This document shows, one piece after another, positions 52,743 through 64,000 of a DNA stretch of 64,000 bases (position 1 is the first letter of the stretch; each line of letters starts with the position of its first letter). The position numbers and the translations under genes were made by a program. This DNA is from Mobula hypostoma (lineage: Eukaryota). Location of the stretch: contig NC_086097.1 in NCBI RefSeq assembly GCF_963921235.1, forward strand, positions 76,820,001 to 76,884,000. The letters run 5' to 3'. The notes below the pieces were generated by a model, which was not told where the DNA came from, did no database searches, and saw only the letters and a list, made by a program, of their open reading frames with translations.

Positions 52743-53593
52743 GTATGATTTCAGAATAAAATAACAATGGCTTTCAATGAATATGGTCCCGATACGATAT
52801 CATTGTTTATGATTTGAACCGGATATTAATATGAATCTGCAAAATAACTCTCAATGCTTAGGTCATTAGTAATGTTAAAAAAGAATTGTAAATTCACATC
52901 TGCTTCAAAAATAATGCAATTCTGAACTTCATTCTGAAGGTTTTACATTTCATTGAAGAAGTTTTACTCTTAATACCTCTTCACAGATGAAGCAATTTAT
53001 TAGAATTTCTAACATTTTTTTATTTTGTCTGAATATTTGTAAAATTATTTCTTAAGTAATTTTTCTTTGAATAGCATGCATGAACTATTTCAGCATAACA
53101 TCAGGTCCATGAATATTGCTTTTTAATCTGCATTTACTAAGAGATTTGCAGAATTAGACTGGAGATATTAGGAAAGGAAGTAACGGTAATTCAGATGGCA
53201 TCAACACCACTGAATAATTTTATATAGTTTCTGTAAAACAACATAACCTCATTTTGCCTTTGTCTCATAATTGGCACAATTTTGTCAGAAAATATATAAA
53301 ACCCAAACTTACCGGCAGAACAGCTGCTCACATTGATAAAGCACATTGTTGAACCTTTAAAACCCACTGGCAGTAAGGTAAAATAACAAACTTCGAACTT
53401 CATTCACAAACTATTTGGTGCAAGGAGATCTTGACCAAATTTGGTGGTTCTTTGACCAATTTGGCAATCCTCCATTAGTTTCATTATAAATAATTGCCTA
53501 ACCTAGTTGCAGAGTAATTTTGTTTTGAAAATATAGCTTCTTAAAAACTTTTCATTTCAACTTGTTTATAGTGTCTTTAACTCTGTCTTTCAG

Positions 53594-53672
53594 TATTTCA
53601 ATTCCGGAGAAGTTGGAGCATATTGTGAACAAATATGCAGAACATCTCCATGAGAAATGGGCTCTTGAGAAG
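53594..53672 (+). CDS. RYR3: RyR exon R (79 nt): ISIPEKLEHIVNKYAEHLHEKWALEK (RyR repeat 3)
   Basis: tctttcag acceptor, AAG|gtaa donor. Confidence 0.94.
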
Positions 53673-53829
53673 GTAAAATAGTAAGGGCATATTTTGGACA
53701 TTGGCAATATTTTCAGAGAAAGGAGTTGAAAAAAAGTTAATTTTAAGTTAGAGTAAAAATGATAATGCTGGAAATCCTCAGCAGCTCTAGCTCCTAATGA
53801 TGGGTAAGTGACGAATAGATCTACTGAAC

Positions 53830-54085
53830 CAGGTTAAATTCTGACCTTGGTGCCATCTGTGTGGAGAGTACAACTTCTCCCCTTGACTCTGTGGGTTTTC
53901 TCTGGAACCCTCTGTTTCCTTCCATGTCCCAAAGATGACGGGATGCTAGCGTAATAGGCCACTAGAAATTTCCTCTGGTTTGGAGATGAATGGTAAAATA
54001 TGGGCAGATTTGATGGGACTGTGTGGACAATTGAATGAAATGAATATGCAAATGCTGAATGATGTGCTGTACTTTCACGCTCTGT
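53830..54085 (+). mobile_element. V-type SINE relic (similar cores at about 61490-61720 +, 34545-34740 -, 19800-19960 -)
   Basis: TGTGTGGAG..CTTCTCCCC..ACTCTGTGGGTTTTCTC..TTTCCT.CCA..TCCCAAAGA core. Confidence 0.6.
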
Positions 54086-56078
54086 AACTCAATGATTTCC
54101 ATCCAGAATTAAACCTAATCTCCATTTCTTGTCTTCAGCGCACTCTGCACAGCCCCCTGTTCTTACATGAAACAAGCTCCTGGGTGCCTTCTTCCAATGG
54201 GAAGCAGGCTCTCTGCTGGTCAGCCTAGTGCAATCAGTACTTGCAATCAATGTTAACAAGATGTGACAAGAAAATACTTTAAAATCCAGAGAAGCCTCAG
54301 CTCCAGCTTCGCTGAAATTGAAACTCACTGACACAGAGTAACAATAATTCAGAAACAATTCTATTAAATGTATTATTAAATAATAAGATCAAATAAGATA
54401 CAAATAGAAAACTTAATCCATATAAACACTAGGAAACAACTAAATACATTTAAATCAACTTGATTAAATAAAGAAGGCTCATACTTGCACTTTACTCCTT
54501 AGCTGATGTTTCTCCATTAAAACCAAAGGGACTGCTGAATTTAAGCCAAGTCTGACAGGCAGAATTCCCAACCGAAGTGCTATGAAATCTGCTGTAATTT
54601 TTGCTCTCCAGCTGGACTCCATGTAGAGTACAGTTGATCCATCATCTGTTAAGAAGTTTAAGGCTTGTGCTTTCATTCAGAGTAATCCACACAAAAGCAT
54701 GTATACAAGCCAACAGCCTTGAATTGGAACTGGTGGATTTTAAGTATAAGACATTTCATTAACTTGCATTTAGTACTGAATTGGACAAAAATTTAAATAC
54801 TGCTTCAAGGTTCAGCAGGCATCTGAAAGATACAATGCCTTTACATCAAGTTACCACACTTATTAAGTTGAAGGCGTAACTCCCTGTAAATGTTCTATAG
54901 TCATAACAGCTGTTTGCCTTGGTATATAATTGATTTTAATTGCATCTTAGAGTGACATTCAATTGCAGAATACTCAGCAACATTGAAATTCTGAATATTG
55001 CCTTCTGTTTACATTTGACAATCCAACTACACAGAAAACCTATGGAGAATTTTTTTTGGAGTTGTGGGCCTGCTTGCTCTGGTAGTGCAAGTAACATGCC
55101 AAAAGCATAAAATAAAAGTGGTAGCTAATTCTACATAGTACAGATTAGGGAGTAAAGGAATACTCTCTGCTTTCCTGGAGGAGTGCTGCTCCAATATTAC
55201 TCACAAAGCACTAGAAACTTCCGGAACACTATAGCCCACTTGACACGCCAATGACCATCTGTGTCCTGTTGCTGCAGTATGTATTATGTACAAAATGCAC
55301 TACAACTACTTGCCTGTGCTGTTTCAACAGCATCTGCCATATCATAGACCACGACCACTAACTAGGACAAGAGCAACGAAAACTTGGGCACCTATAAGTT
55401 TCCTTTTCACTGGCCCATCATCCCAACATGGAACTGCAAAGTAATTCCTTTACCGTTGCTGGATCTAAACCCTGGAATCCCCAGCCCAACAGTATTATGG
55501 GGTAACACACATCAAATTTGCTGGTGAACGCAGCAAGCCAGGCAGCATCTCTAGGAAGAGGTACAGTCGACATTTTGGGCCGAGACACTTCATCAGGACT
55601 AACTGAAGGAAGAGTTAGTAAGAGATTTAAAAGTGGGAGGGGGAGGAGGAGATCCAAAATGATAGGAGAAGACAGGAGGGGGAGGGATGGAGCCAAGAGC
55701 TGGACAGGTGATAGGCAAAAGGGGATATGAGAGGATCATGGGACAGGAGGCCCAGGGAGAAAGAAAAGGGGGAGGAGGGGAAAAACCCAGAGGATGGGCA
55801 AGGGGTATAGTCAGAGGGACAGAGGGAGAAAAAGGAGAGAGAGAGAAAGAATGTGTGTATATAAATAAACAACGGATGGAGTACGAGGGGGAGGTGGGAC
55901 ATTAGCGGAAGTTAGAGAAGTCGATGTTCATGCCATCAGGTTGGAGGCTACCCAGACGGAATATAAGGTGTTGTTCCTTCAACCTGTGTGTGGCTTCATC
56001 TTTACAGTAGATACGTCTATCCATGGCCTCCTCTACTGTAAATTCTGATATGTCTATCCATGGCCTCCTCTACTGTAA

Positions 56079-56297
56079 TTTGCTGAACACTTACGCTCTG
56101 TCCGCCAGAGAAAGCAGGATCTCCCAGTGGCCACACATTTTAATTCCACATCCCATTCCCATTCTGATATGTCTATCCACGGCCTCCTCTACTGTAAAGA
56201 TGAAGCCACACTCAGGTTGGAGGAACAACACCTTATATTCCGTCTGGGTAGCCTCCAACCTGATGGCATGAACATTGACTTCTCTAACTTCCGCTAA
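56079..56297 (+). pseudogene. C-terminal GIY-YIG endonuclease fragment of a Penelope-like element
   Basis: Reads FAEHLRSVRQRKQDLPVATHFNSTSHSHSDMSIHGLLYCKDEATLRLEEQHLIFRLGSLQPDGMNIDFSNFR* (72 codons; EH, VA.HF, E...I and P.G.N motifs). Confidence 0.88.
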
Positions 56298-56596
56298 TGT
56301 CCCACCTCCCCCTCGTACTCCATCCGTTGTTTATTTATATACACACATTCTTTCTCTCTCTCTCCTTTTTCTCCCTCTGTCCCTCTGCCTATACCCCTAT
56401 CCCATCCTCTGGGTTTTTTCCTCCCTCCCCCTTTTCCTTCTTCCTGGCCTCCTGTCCCATGATCCTCTCATATCCCTTTTGCCAATCAACTGTCCAGCTC
56501 TTGGCTCCATCCCTCCCCCTCCTGTCTTCTCCTATCATTTTGGATCTCCCCCTCCCCCTCCCACTTTCAAATCTCTTACTAACTCTTCCTTCAGTT

Positions 56597-56632
56597 AGTC
56601 CTGACAAAGGGTCTCGGCCCGAAACGTCGACT
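56597..56632 (+). ncRNA. Minimal type I hammerhead ribozyme motif (core G8 mutated)
   Basis: AGTC-CTGACAA-A-GGGT(CTCG)GCCC-GAAA-CG-TC^-GACT: stem I AGTC/GACT, stem II hairpin, palindromic stem III ACGT. Confidence 0.75.
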
Positions 56633-57024
56633 GTACCTCTTCCTAGAGATGCTGCCTGGCCTGCTGCATTCACCAGCAAATTTGATGAGTGTTGCTTGAA
56701 TTTCCAGCATCTGCAGAATTCCTCGTGTTTAAGTATTATGGGGTACCTTCACCAGGAGGTCTGCAGCAGTTCAAGAGATGGCTCACTGCCACTTTCTCCT
56801 GGACATTTAGAGAGAGTTAAAAAATGCCAGCCTGGCCAGCAGTGTCCAGTCTTGAAAACTGAGTTACTATCTACCCAAGTTAAATGTTGAATGTTTATAT
56901 TGTAAAGCGAAAAAGATAATATTAGAGAAAAATGTAATGAAGTCATTATGAAAAAGAATTGTGAAAAATGCATAATTGTCGTACATTTCAGCAAATGAGA
57001 TTTAGTTTTGCTACTTACTTGCAG

Positions 57025-57114
57025 ATACAAAATGGGTGGACGTATAGTGATACAATCAATGAGAATATGAAGACTCATCCATTATTGAGACCGATTAAAA
57101 CATTAACCGAAAGG
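57025..57114 (+). CDS. RYR3: RyR exon S (90 nt): IQNGWTYSDTINENMKTHPLLRPIKTLTER
   Basis: cttgcag acceptor, AGG|gtaagg donor. Confidence 0.94.
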
Positions 57115-57590
57115 GTAAGGGACTTCAGTGTATGTTTTGTGTCTAAATTGGGTTGTTACTACTGGTTGCTGCATTATTTTCATTAAATTATAGGAGTATT
57201 TACAATGAAGCTTTGGCTCCAACTACACTCTTGAATTTCTATTCATGGGTATAACTGTTAGGGAAGTGTTTGTTTCATATCAGGGCTTAAGGATAGTGTT
57301 TCATGGGAGAAAGCTGTTGTAGGAGGAGTGCAGGTGGGTGAGGAGTTAAAATATGTTGATACAGTAGCAGAACTGGAGTAGAGGATGAGGGATTACTTTA
57401 AGGGGTCAGTGTAAGAGCTGGACACGACTGTTGCAGCTCTCCACAGTGCAGTGCAATTAGAAGAGGCCTCACAGATTAAGAGCACAGTACTATTTTGTAA
57501 ATCCCCTTTAAACTTACCTCCTCACCTTAAACACCTCCAGTATTTGACATTTTAAACCTGGGAAAAGACTTCTTCTTCTATCTATAACAA

Positions 57591-58345
57591 AAGACCATAA
57601 GATAAAGGAGCAGAAGTCGGCCATTCGGCCCATCGAGTCTGCTCCACCATTTTATCATGAGCTGATCCACTCCCCCGCCTTCTCACCATAACCTTTGATG
57701 CCCTGGCTACTCAGATACCTTTCAATCTCTGCCTTAAATACACCCAATGACTTGGCATCCACTGCCGCCCGTGGCAACAAATTCCATAGATTCACCACCC
57801 TCTGGCTAAAAAAATTTCTTTGCATTTCTGTTCTGAATGGGCGCCCTTCAATCCTTAAGTCATGCCCTCTCGTACTAGACTCCCCCATTATAGGAAACAA
57901 CTTTGCCACATCCACTCCGTCCATACCTTTCAACATTCGAAATGTTTCTATGAGGTCCCCCCTTCATTCTTCTAAACTCCAAGGAATACAGTCCAAGAGC
58001 AGACAAACGTTCCTCATATGTTATCCCTCTCATTCCCGGAATCATTCTAGTCAATCTTCTCTGTACCTTCTCCAACATCAGCACATCCTTTCTTAAATAA
58101 GGAGACCAAAACTGCCCACAGTACTCCAAGTGAGGTCTTACCAGTGCCTTACAGAGCCTCAGCATCACATCCCTGCTCCTATACTCTATTCCTCTAGAAA
58201 TGAATGCCAACATTGCATTCGCCTTCTTCACTACCGACTCAACCTGGAGGTTAACCTTAAGGGTATCCTGCACGAGGACTCCCAAGTCCCGTTGCATCTC
58301 AGAACTTTGAACTCTCTCCCCAGTTAAATACTAGTCTATCCGTTT
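57591..58345 (-). mobile_element. CR1 3' fragment, relatively young
   Basis: ORFs 57875..58297 and 57655..57936 (RDLGVLV, LVRPHLEYC, RNFFSQRVV); (TCTTATGG)-like tail. Confidence 0.9.
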
Positions 58346-60335
58346 ATTTTATTAACATTGAGTTAATAAAAATAAAAATCAACAAAGTAGGTTGCTTTTT
58401 ACCCATTTTGTGTTTTTTATCTATATTGTTTCCCACATAAATTCCAAAAGAGCAGATTTTATTCCATATATCAATGTTTTGGTTGTGAATTGTGCGTCTC
58501 CTAAGGATGAATTTCCACCACTTGGACTGCTCTAATGCAAGGGTCCCATAATTTAATTTGATGCTGAACACCTGTATGTTGACCTGGTAACATTTTCCCT
58601 CCTACACCTAATAATGTCATAGCTGATATTAGAACACTTCTGTGGTTGAAGAATGCAGGTGCTTTAGACCATGACACTATTTAAATATGTGTGCCAGTTG
58701 GCTGAAATTGATTTCCTTGCTAAGATTAACTTTTATCTGTTTGATGGCAATATCAAACAAATGCAAAGATACATTTTGCTTCCGACAAATGTCTGACTAT
58801 CTTTAGTCTGTTGGTGGTAATGTTAAAGTAGATATAATGATAGTAGGTTTAAACCCCATATTCTTAATCTATATTTTAGGCTATATTTTGTCATGTTTTG
58901 TTTCCAATGCTAACAAGCAATTTTGTATCCAGTACATAGAAATTCTCTCTCCTTTGAAAGTATTTATTGTTTTCCAATAATTGTATATTGATTACTTTGA
59001 AATATCTTTAAAGTATTGGAGCTGAGTATTACCACACTATAAATGTTGTAGAGCAATCTTTGCCGAATAATTTTGTCAAATTTTTAAGCAGATTAAATAA
59101 ATCTCTTTAAACTTCTTGCATTTTTATACTGGGTTACCATGAAAGGTTTTATAAAATATGTCCTTTCTTTGCAATTTACATGTTGTGATGTATTTATTAC
59201 ATCACATAACATATTGCATGATTCAATATTGCAATGTTATAATGATCGTTGGAGTAAAGATCACTTCTGTAAATTCAGTCAATCAGAGATACCTTGCTTC
59301 AGTTGAAACCATGTTGGACATTGTCTATTTCAGATGGGCTTTAACCAAGATCTTGTAACCTTCATTTCAAAAAGGTTATTTGAACAAAATAATGGAAATA
59401 GTAGCCTTTATCAAATGCTCTATACTGATCTCCACTTCAAGCTACAGTCACATTGCACTGATGGGTTATGGTGCTCTAAATAGTTCCAGTTAAATATTGC
59501 TTGTACTTTTTAAAAACAAAGACATCACTCAGGATGCACTCGGGCTGGCAGACTGAATGTGTGCCATTGCCGGGGACTGGCAGCACCTGCTTCAAGTGTT
59601 GACAGACTGCCCAGATCATATGGTATCTTTCATCACCTCCTGTTAAATGTGAAATCTGCCTTCTCCACAGCTCTTTTTCTTTGTCAGCACAGCTCTCCCA
59701 AGCCTTGAGATTTCTCTATAGTAAAGAAAGCTCAACAGTTTGTAACCACCCTTGCCATGGCAGAGTGTACCCCTGAATATCACATCTCAGTGCTTACCAA
59801 CAGCACTGTTTGCCCCAACTCGCCAAACATCAGACTCTTGGACATCACTTTTATGCTGAACCTTGGTGATTCATAGTGTTGAGGAGGACATAGTGTCAGA
59901 TTCTTGCTGCAGCAGCAATGAGACGGTTTGAGGTTTATGCCCAGTTCCCAGAATGCAACAGCAGAGGGCAAAGGGTTGCACACAGTTTCTCAGCACAGCA
60001 GGAATCAGCAAGGAGGTACCAGTGTACAGTAGAAATGTGAAACAGGCCACCACGTGAGATGACACATTGGAGTCATTATTTAAAGCATATATACACGACC
60101 CTCAAGACTATGTAACTGGGGGTCTGACTTTGTATCTATAGGTTTATCCACAATAAAAGAACAATATAAACCTCATAATGCTTTAATTCTAATTTCATTT
60201 TTTATGTATATGCATCACTCCAGCAAAGTCTATAAATATCAGGTAGTCATGGAAATTTGCAGAGTCCTTAAAACTGCTTTGTGTACTTCCAATATAGTTT
60301 TAAAATTATTGAATTGAACTACTCTTGCTACACAG

Positions 60336-60473
60336 GAAAAGGAATTGTATCGCTGGCCATCCAAGGAATCTTTCCGGATCATGTTGGCTTTAAATTGGAA
60401 CATCGAAAGGACAAAAGAAAGTGAAGCCATGATGCAGCACATTGAAAATGAGAAACTACGCAAGTCTTCTCAG
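60336..60473 (+). CDS. RYR3: RyR exon T (138 nt): EKELYRWPSKESFRIMLALNWNIERTKE...ENEKLRKSSQ
   Basis: ctacacag acceptor, CAG|gtac donor. Confidence 0.92.
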
Positions 60474-61852
60474 GTACAGCAACTTCTCTTCGGTCTACCA
60501 AAGCGGCTCCTGTTACTTTCTCAAGTATGTTTTATGAAGAGATTGGAGAAATAGTCATTTTAGATTTCACTTATTCATGTGGCTTTTTGGTGTATGTTCA
60601 GCTTTGATCAGACCCTGTAAGCCAGTTATCTCTGTAGCATTGATTTGAATTAAGTTGTTAGCACCTGCAAGATCTTGATGTGAGGAGATTTCATTTAGTG
60701 TACATGTTATCTTTCTAAATTAATAAGTAATTGGACCAATGGATTTTCCCAAATTATTCTGACTTAATAGTCTTGATGTTAACACGACAAGATGGGAAAA
60801 TAACAAGCGGTATGATGAAACATAAAGAATGCTGAATATGACCCAATGGGTCAAATATACACCTGCTGGCATATCTCCAGTAGCAGACTTAGTTCCATGT
60901 AAGTGTCCCACTGTGTGAGCAAACAGCTGGTTTAAACCCTACAGGTTCTTTGTATGTCCATGTGAAGTGAAGGAAAGATGAGAAATGAACTCCACATTAA
61001 GTTGGCCAGAAGGAGCGGATGTTCTACCCTAGTCACTTGATGAAAGGCCACCCATAAAAATGTTGACATTTCTTTCCTTGTTTCCTTTATCACTAACTCC
61101 TTTGCTATTTTTGACCTCCCCTCTCACTGCAGCCCTGATATCTTTCACTAATCATGCCAAGATCACAGCTAGTACATTTTTCCTTCTGCCAAATTCCCTT
61201 TTGTGGACTTCCTCTGTGATTCTCCACACAACACCTGACCATCATGTCAATTTGGCCACTTGCCTTGTTGGGAATCAAGGAACAAATGATCATTTGTATT
61301 GATCAAGTCCTCCTCATTCCCAGCTTTACTGAGTCTTCATCTGCTTCACAGCCCCTTGGATCTTCCTGCTTACCTGCAAATCCAGAGGCAAATGTAACTC
61401 ACTGCATGAAAAAAATGTTCATTTCATGCAACTGATGGCAAGTATAGTAAATGAAGCTAATGTGTCATAGATCCAGGGGAAGGGATGTTGTCAATGTGGA
61501 GTTCACATGTTCTCTCCATGACTCTCCGTACTCCAGTCACTCTAGTTTCTTCCCACTTCCCAAGATGGTTCAAGTTAATGACACAAAAGTTAAATGACTT
61601 AGTGGGTTTGTGTGAGAAATTAAGTTGTATGGGAACAGGGGAAATAACATGGGGGGAATGGAATGAATGGGATTGTCCCGCTAGGACCTAGCATGAACCC
61701 AATGGGCTGAATAGCAGCCTCCCAAGCCTTTACTAGTACTGTACAAATATTTTTACTAGGTAGTCCAGGATAAAGGCATTTAATTTGTTTCAAATTGAGA
61801 GCAAAACTGCGACTTAATCTGTGGTGATAACTTCTTGAATTGTCTCTTGCAG

Positions 61853-61918
61853 AGTTCAGGGGGATACACTCCAGTTCCTGTTGACTTGTCAAATGCTCTG
61901 CTCTCCAGAGAGAATCAG
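61853..61918 (+). CDS. RYR3: RyR exon U (66 nt): SSGGYTPVPVDLSNALLSRENQ
   Basis: ctcttgcag acceptor, CAG|gtcagt donor; matches the Y.P.P.DLS...LSRE motif after the phospho-loop. Confidence 0.88.
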
Positions 61919-62512
61919 GTCAGTGGCACCATCTGCTGCCTGCCTTCTCATATAAATTGCAGTTCAAACTAGACATCCTGCAATGTGATCAAATTTCATC
62001 CACTTTTGTTTACAGATAAAGGTGCTTGATGGGAAATTTTCCAAAGTAGTCACTCTTCATTTGCAAATATTTTACTCTCAAGCAGCGAAGCCCAAACTTT
62101 AATCTTGATAAATTAACAAAAGCAGTAAATGGCTTATTAGGGTTTGTGCTGAATATTTGATACAATTCAGAAGAGACAGTTTCACTGTGTGAAGTCAAAC
62201 TGAGATGGGTATTAATATTGATTAATTTATTTTGCTTTGGTCTGCTGGTCTTCCATGTGACATGCAGAAGTATGTTATGAGGTTTGCACACGAAAACTAA
62301 CTTTCCCTAACTAAACTATTCTAATATTGATGTGAGTATCTAACTGTGTAGGATGTCGTTCAGTGTATGGTCTTCACAATAAACATAATATATCCAAACC
62401 TTTATCTACCACTGTATTAATCTCTTCCCCACTTATCAGTAAAAGAATGGGAGGGATGGGAGAACTCGACACTGGTAATGTCATTTGTTCCCTACTTAAC
62501 AGCTTTTATTCC

Positions 62513-62960
62513 AGGCCTCTGTACCACCCTCTGCAATTGGATCCGCATCTTCCTAACCGGAAGACCACAATCTGTGCGGATTGGTGATAACATATCCTCC
62601 TCGCTGATGATCAACACTGGCACACCTCAGGGGTGTGTGCTTAGCCCACTGCTCTACTCTCTATATCCACATGACTGTGTGGCTAGGAATAGCTCAAATA
62701 CCATCTATAAATTTGCTGATGATACAACCATTGTTGGTAGAATCTCAGGTGGTGACAAGAGGGCATACAGGAGTGAGATATGCCAACTAGCAGAGTGGTG
62801 CTGCAGCAACAACCTGGACCTCAATGTCAGTAAGATGAAAGAGCTGATAGTGGACTTCAGGAAGGATAAGACGAAGGAATGCAGACCAATCCTCATAGAG
62901 GGATCAGAAGTAGAGAGAGTGAGAAGTTTCAAGTTCCTGGGTGTCAAGATCTCTGAGGAG
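62513..62960 (+). mobile_element. Rex1/Babar-like RT fragment
   Basis: LCNWI..FLTGRPQSV, PQGCVLSPLLYSLY and YKFADD in ORF 62478..63014. Confidence 0.88.
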
Positions 62961-63510
62961 ATCTTGCCTGATTTTAGAAATTGGCTTAAGAACTCAATGC
63001 CCAAAACCATGTAACCTCCCCTTTCAAAATTGGGGGAGTTTTAACAAACTGAGCTCAATTCAGCAGGGAAAATACCGAAGTGATTGAAGTCATTCCTGAT
63101 GTACAAATAATTTTGCATCTTGGAGATAAATTATCACAATCCAAGGATACTATTGCTTAGATCATTGTATTCACACATCTCCAGCTGTTTCATCAACAAT
63201 CAAGGGTGAAGTTGATTATCCTACTACTTAGTTGCATTTCCAGCATTGATGGAGGGTCAGCCCAGGCTAATGTCCAAATGGATTCAGGGTGCTGCATACA
63301 TTCTCACCTCTGCATGGTAAAGATTAAGGTCAACCCCATTGTGTTTTCTTTCCTTTTGAAATTGAAAACATCTTCTTTGAAGATTGCACTTCACGGCCAG
63401 ATTTTAATTGTCCTATAATTCCTTGATCAGTGAGATGATTATCAAGAAACTTCATCTCATCTTTTTAAAATATCCACTCATCTTTTGGACATATAAGTTA
63501 ACTTTTAACA

Positions 63511-64000
63511 TAAGACCATAAGATGCAGGAGCAGAATTAGGACATTTCGCCCATCAAGTCTGCTCTACCATTTCTTCATGGCTGACCCATTTTCCCTCTC
63601 AGCCCCAGTCTCCAGCCTTCTCCCCATATCCCTTCATGCGCTGACCAATCAAGAATCTATTAACCTCTGCCTTAAATATACATAAAGACTCGGCCTACAC
63701 AGCTGCCCGTGGCAACGAATTCCACAGATTCATTACTCTCTGGCAAAAGAAATTCCTACTCATCTCTGTTCCAAAAGGACGCCCCTCTATTCTGAGGCTG
63801 TGTCCTCTGGTCTTGGGCTCTCTCACCATAGGAAATATCCTTTCCACATCCACTCTATCAAGGCCTTTCATATAAGTCATCTTTTAACATATAAGACACA
63901 AGAGTAGAATCAGGCCATTCACCCCATCTAGTCTGCTCTGTCATTTGACCATGGCTGATTTATTTTCCCCTTTCAGTCCCATTCTCCTGCCTTCTCCCCA
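63511..64000 (-). mobile_element. Two tandem CR1 3' ends (63511-63868 and 63890 to window end)
   Basis: TRGHSLRIEG and RNFF.QRV.NLWNSLP motifs; repeated tail. Confidence 0.85.

Larger units (their letters stand above)
55505..56731 (+). mobile_element. Penelope-like retroelement, 5'-truncated, with an inverted terminal repeat
   Basis: 14-bp TSD AGTATTATGGGGTA (55491-55504 and 56732-56745); arms about 55505-56011 and 56188-56692; GIY-YIG C-terminal relic. Confidence 0.92.
514..61918 (+). other. RYR3: Ryanodine receptor gene (RYR3-like), internal segment with 21 coding exons; incomplete at both ends
   Basis: Exons splice (GT-AG, consistent phases) into one open frame of 3577 nt. Peptides such as [54 protein letters not shown] and ENEKLR are closer to recalled RYR3 than to RYR1/RYR2. 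Confidence 0.88.

Noticed and set aside
56011..56198. CRISPR-like array (three repeats of about 30 nt)
   Set aside because: Irregular spacing, the repeats are part of the GIY-YIG coding sequence, no cas genes, vertebrate context
55565..56632. Trans-complementation between the two defective hammerheads of the palindrome
   Set aside because: They lie on opposite strands, so they are not both present as ribozymes in one transcript
55418..56890. Several 70-197 aa ORFs on both strands
   Set aside because: Stop-poor pyrimidine-rich Penelope UTR duplicated in inverse; only 56079-56297 has recognisable protein motifs
58345..58571. Possible Tx1/L1 C-terminal fragment
   Set aside because: Similarity too weak to support by eye

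Overview
A eukaryotic (vertebrate) genomic window lying entirely inside one large + strand gene, a ryanodine receptor most similar to RYR3. I traced 21 consecutive internal coding exons from 514 to 61918. All introns are GT-AG with matching phases, giving 3577 nt (about 1190 codons) from the junctional/bridging solenoid to the Repeat3-4 phosphorylation domain. The gene starts before and ends after the window. The introns are packed with mobile-element relics: CR1 LINEs, Rex1/Babar LINEs, RTE, L2, V-type SINEs, a young tRNA-Arg-derived SINE, Tc1/mariner/Tigger non-autonomous elements and Penelope-like elements. This repeat mix suggests a cartilaginous fish, probably a ray (inference). The most notable observations are: (1) a family of minimal type I hammerhead-ribozyme motifs in the Penelope-like tails; (2) a 1.2 kb TSD-flanked palindromic Penelope insertion with a GIY-YIG remnant; (3) a composite Tigger element containing a segment resembling mammalian MER2; (4) three different Tc1/mariner elements sharing a three-TIR architecture; (5) many substitutions at normally conserved RyR positions. 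Family names and comparisons come from recalled motifs, not database searches.
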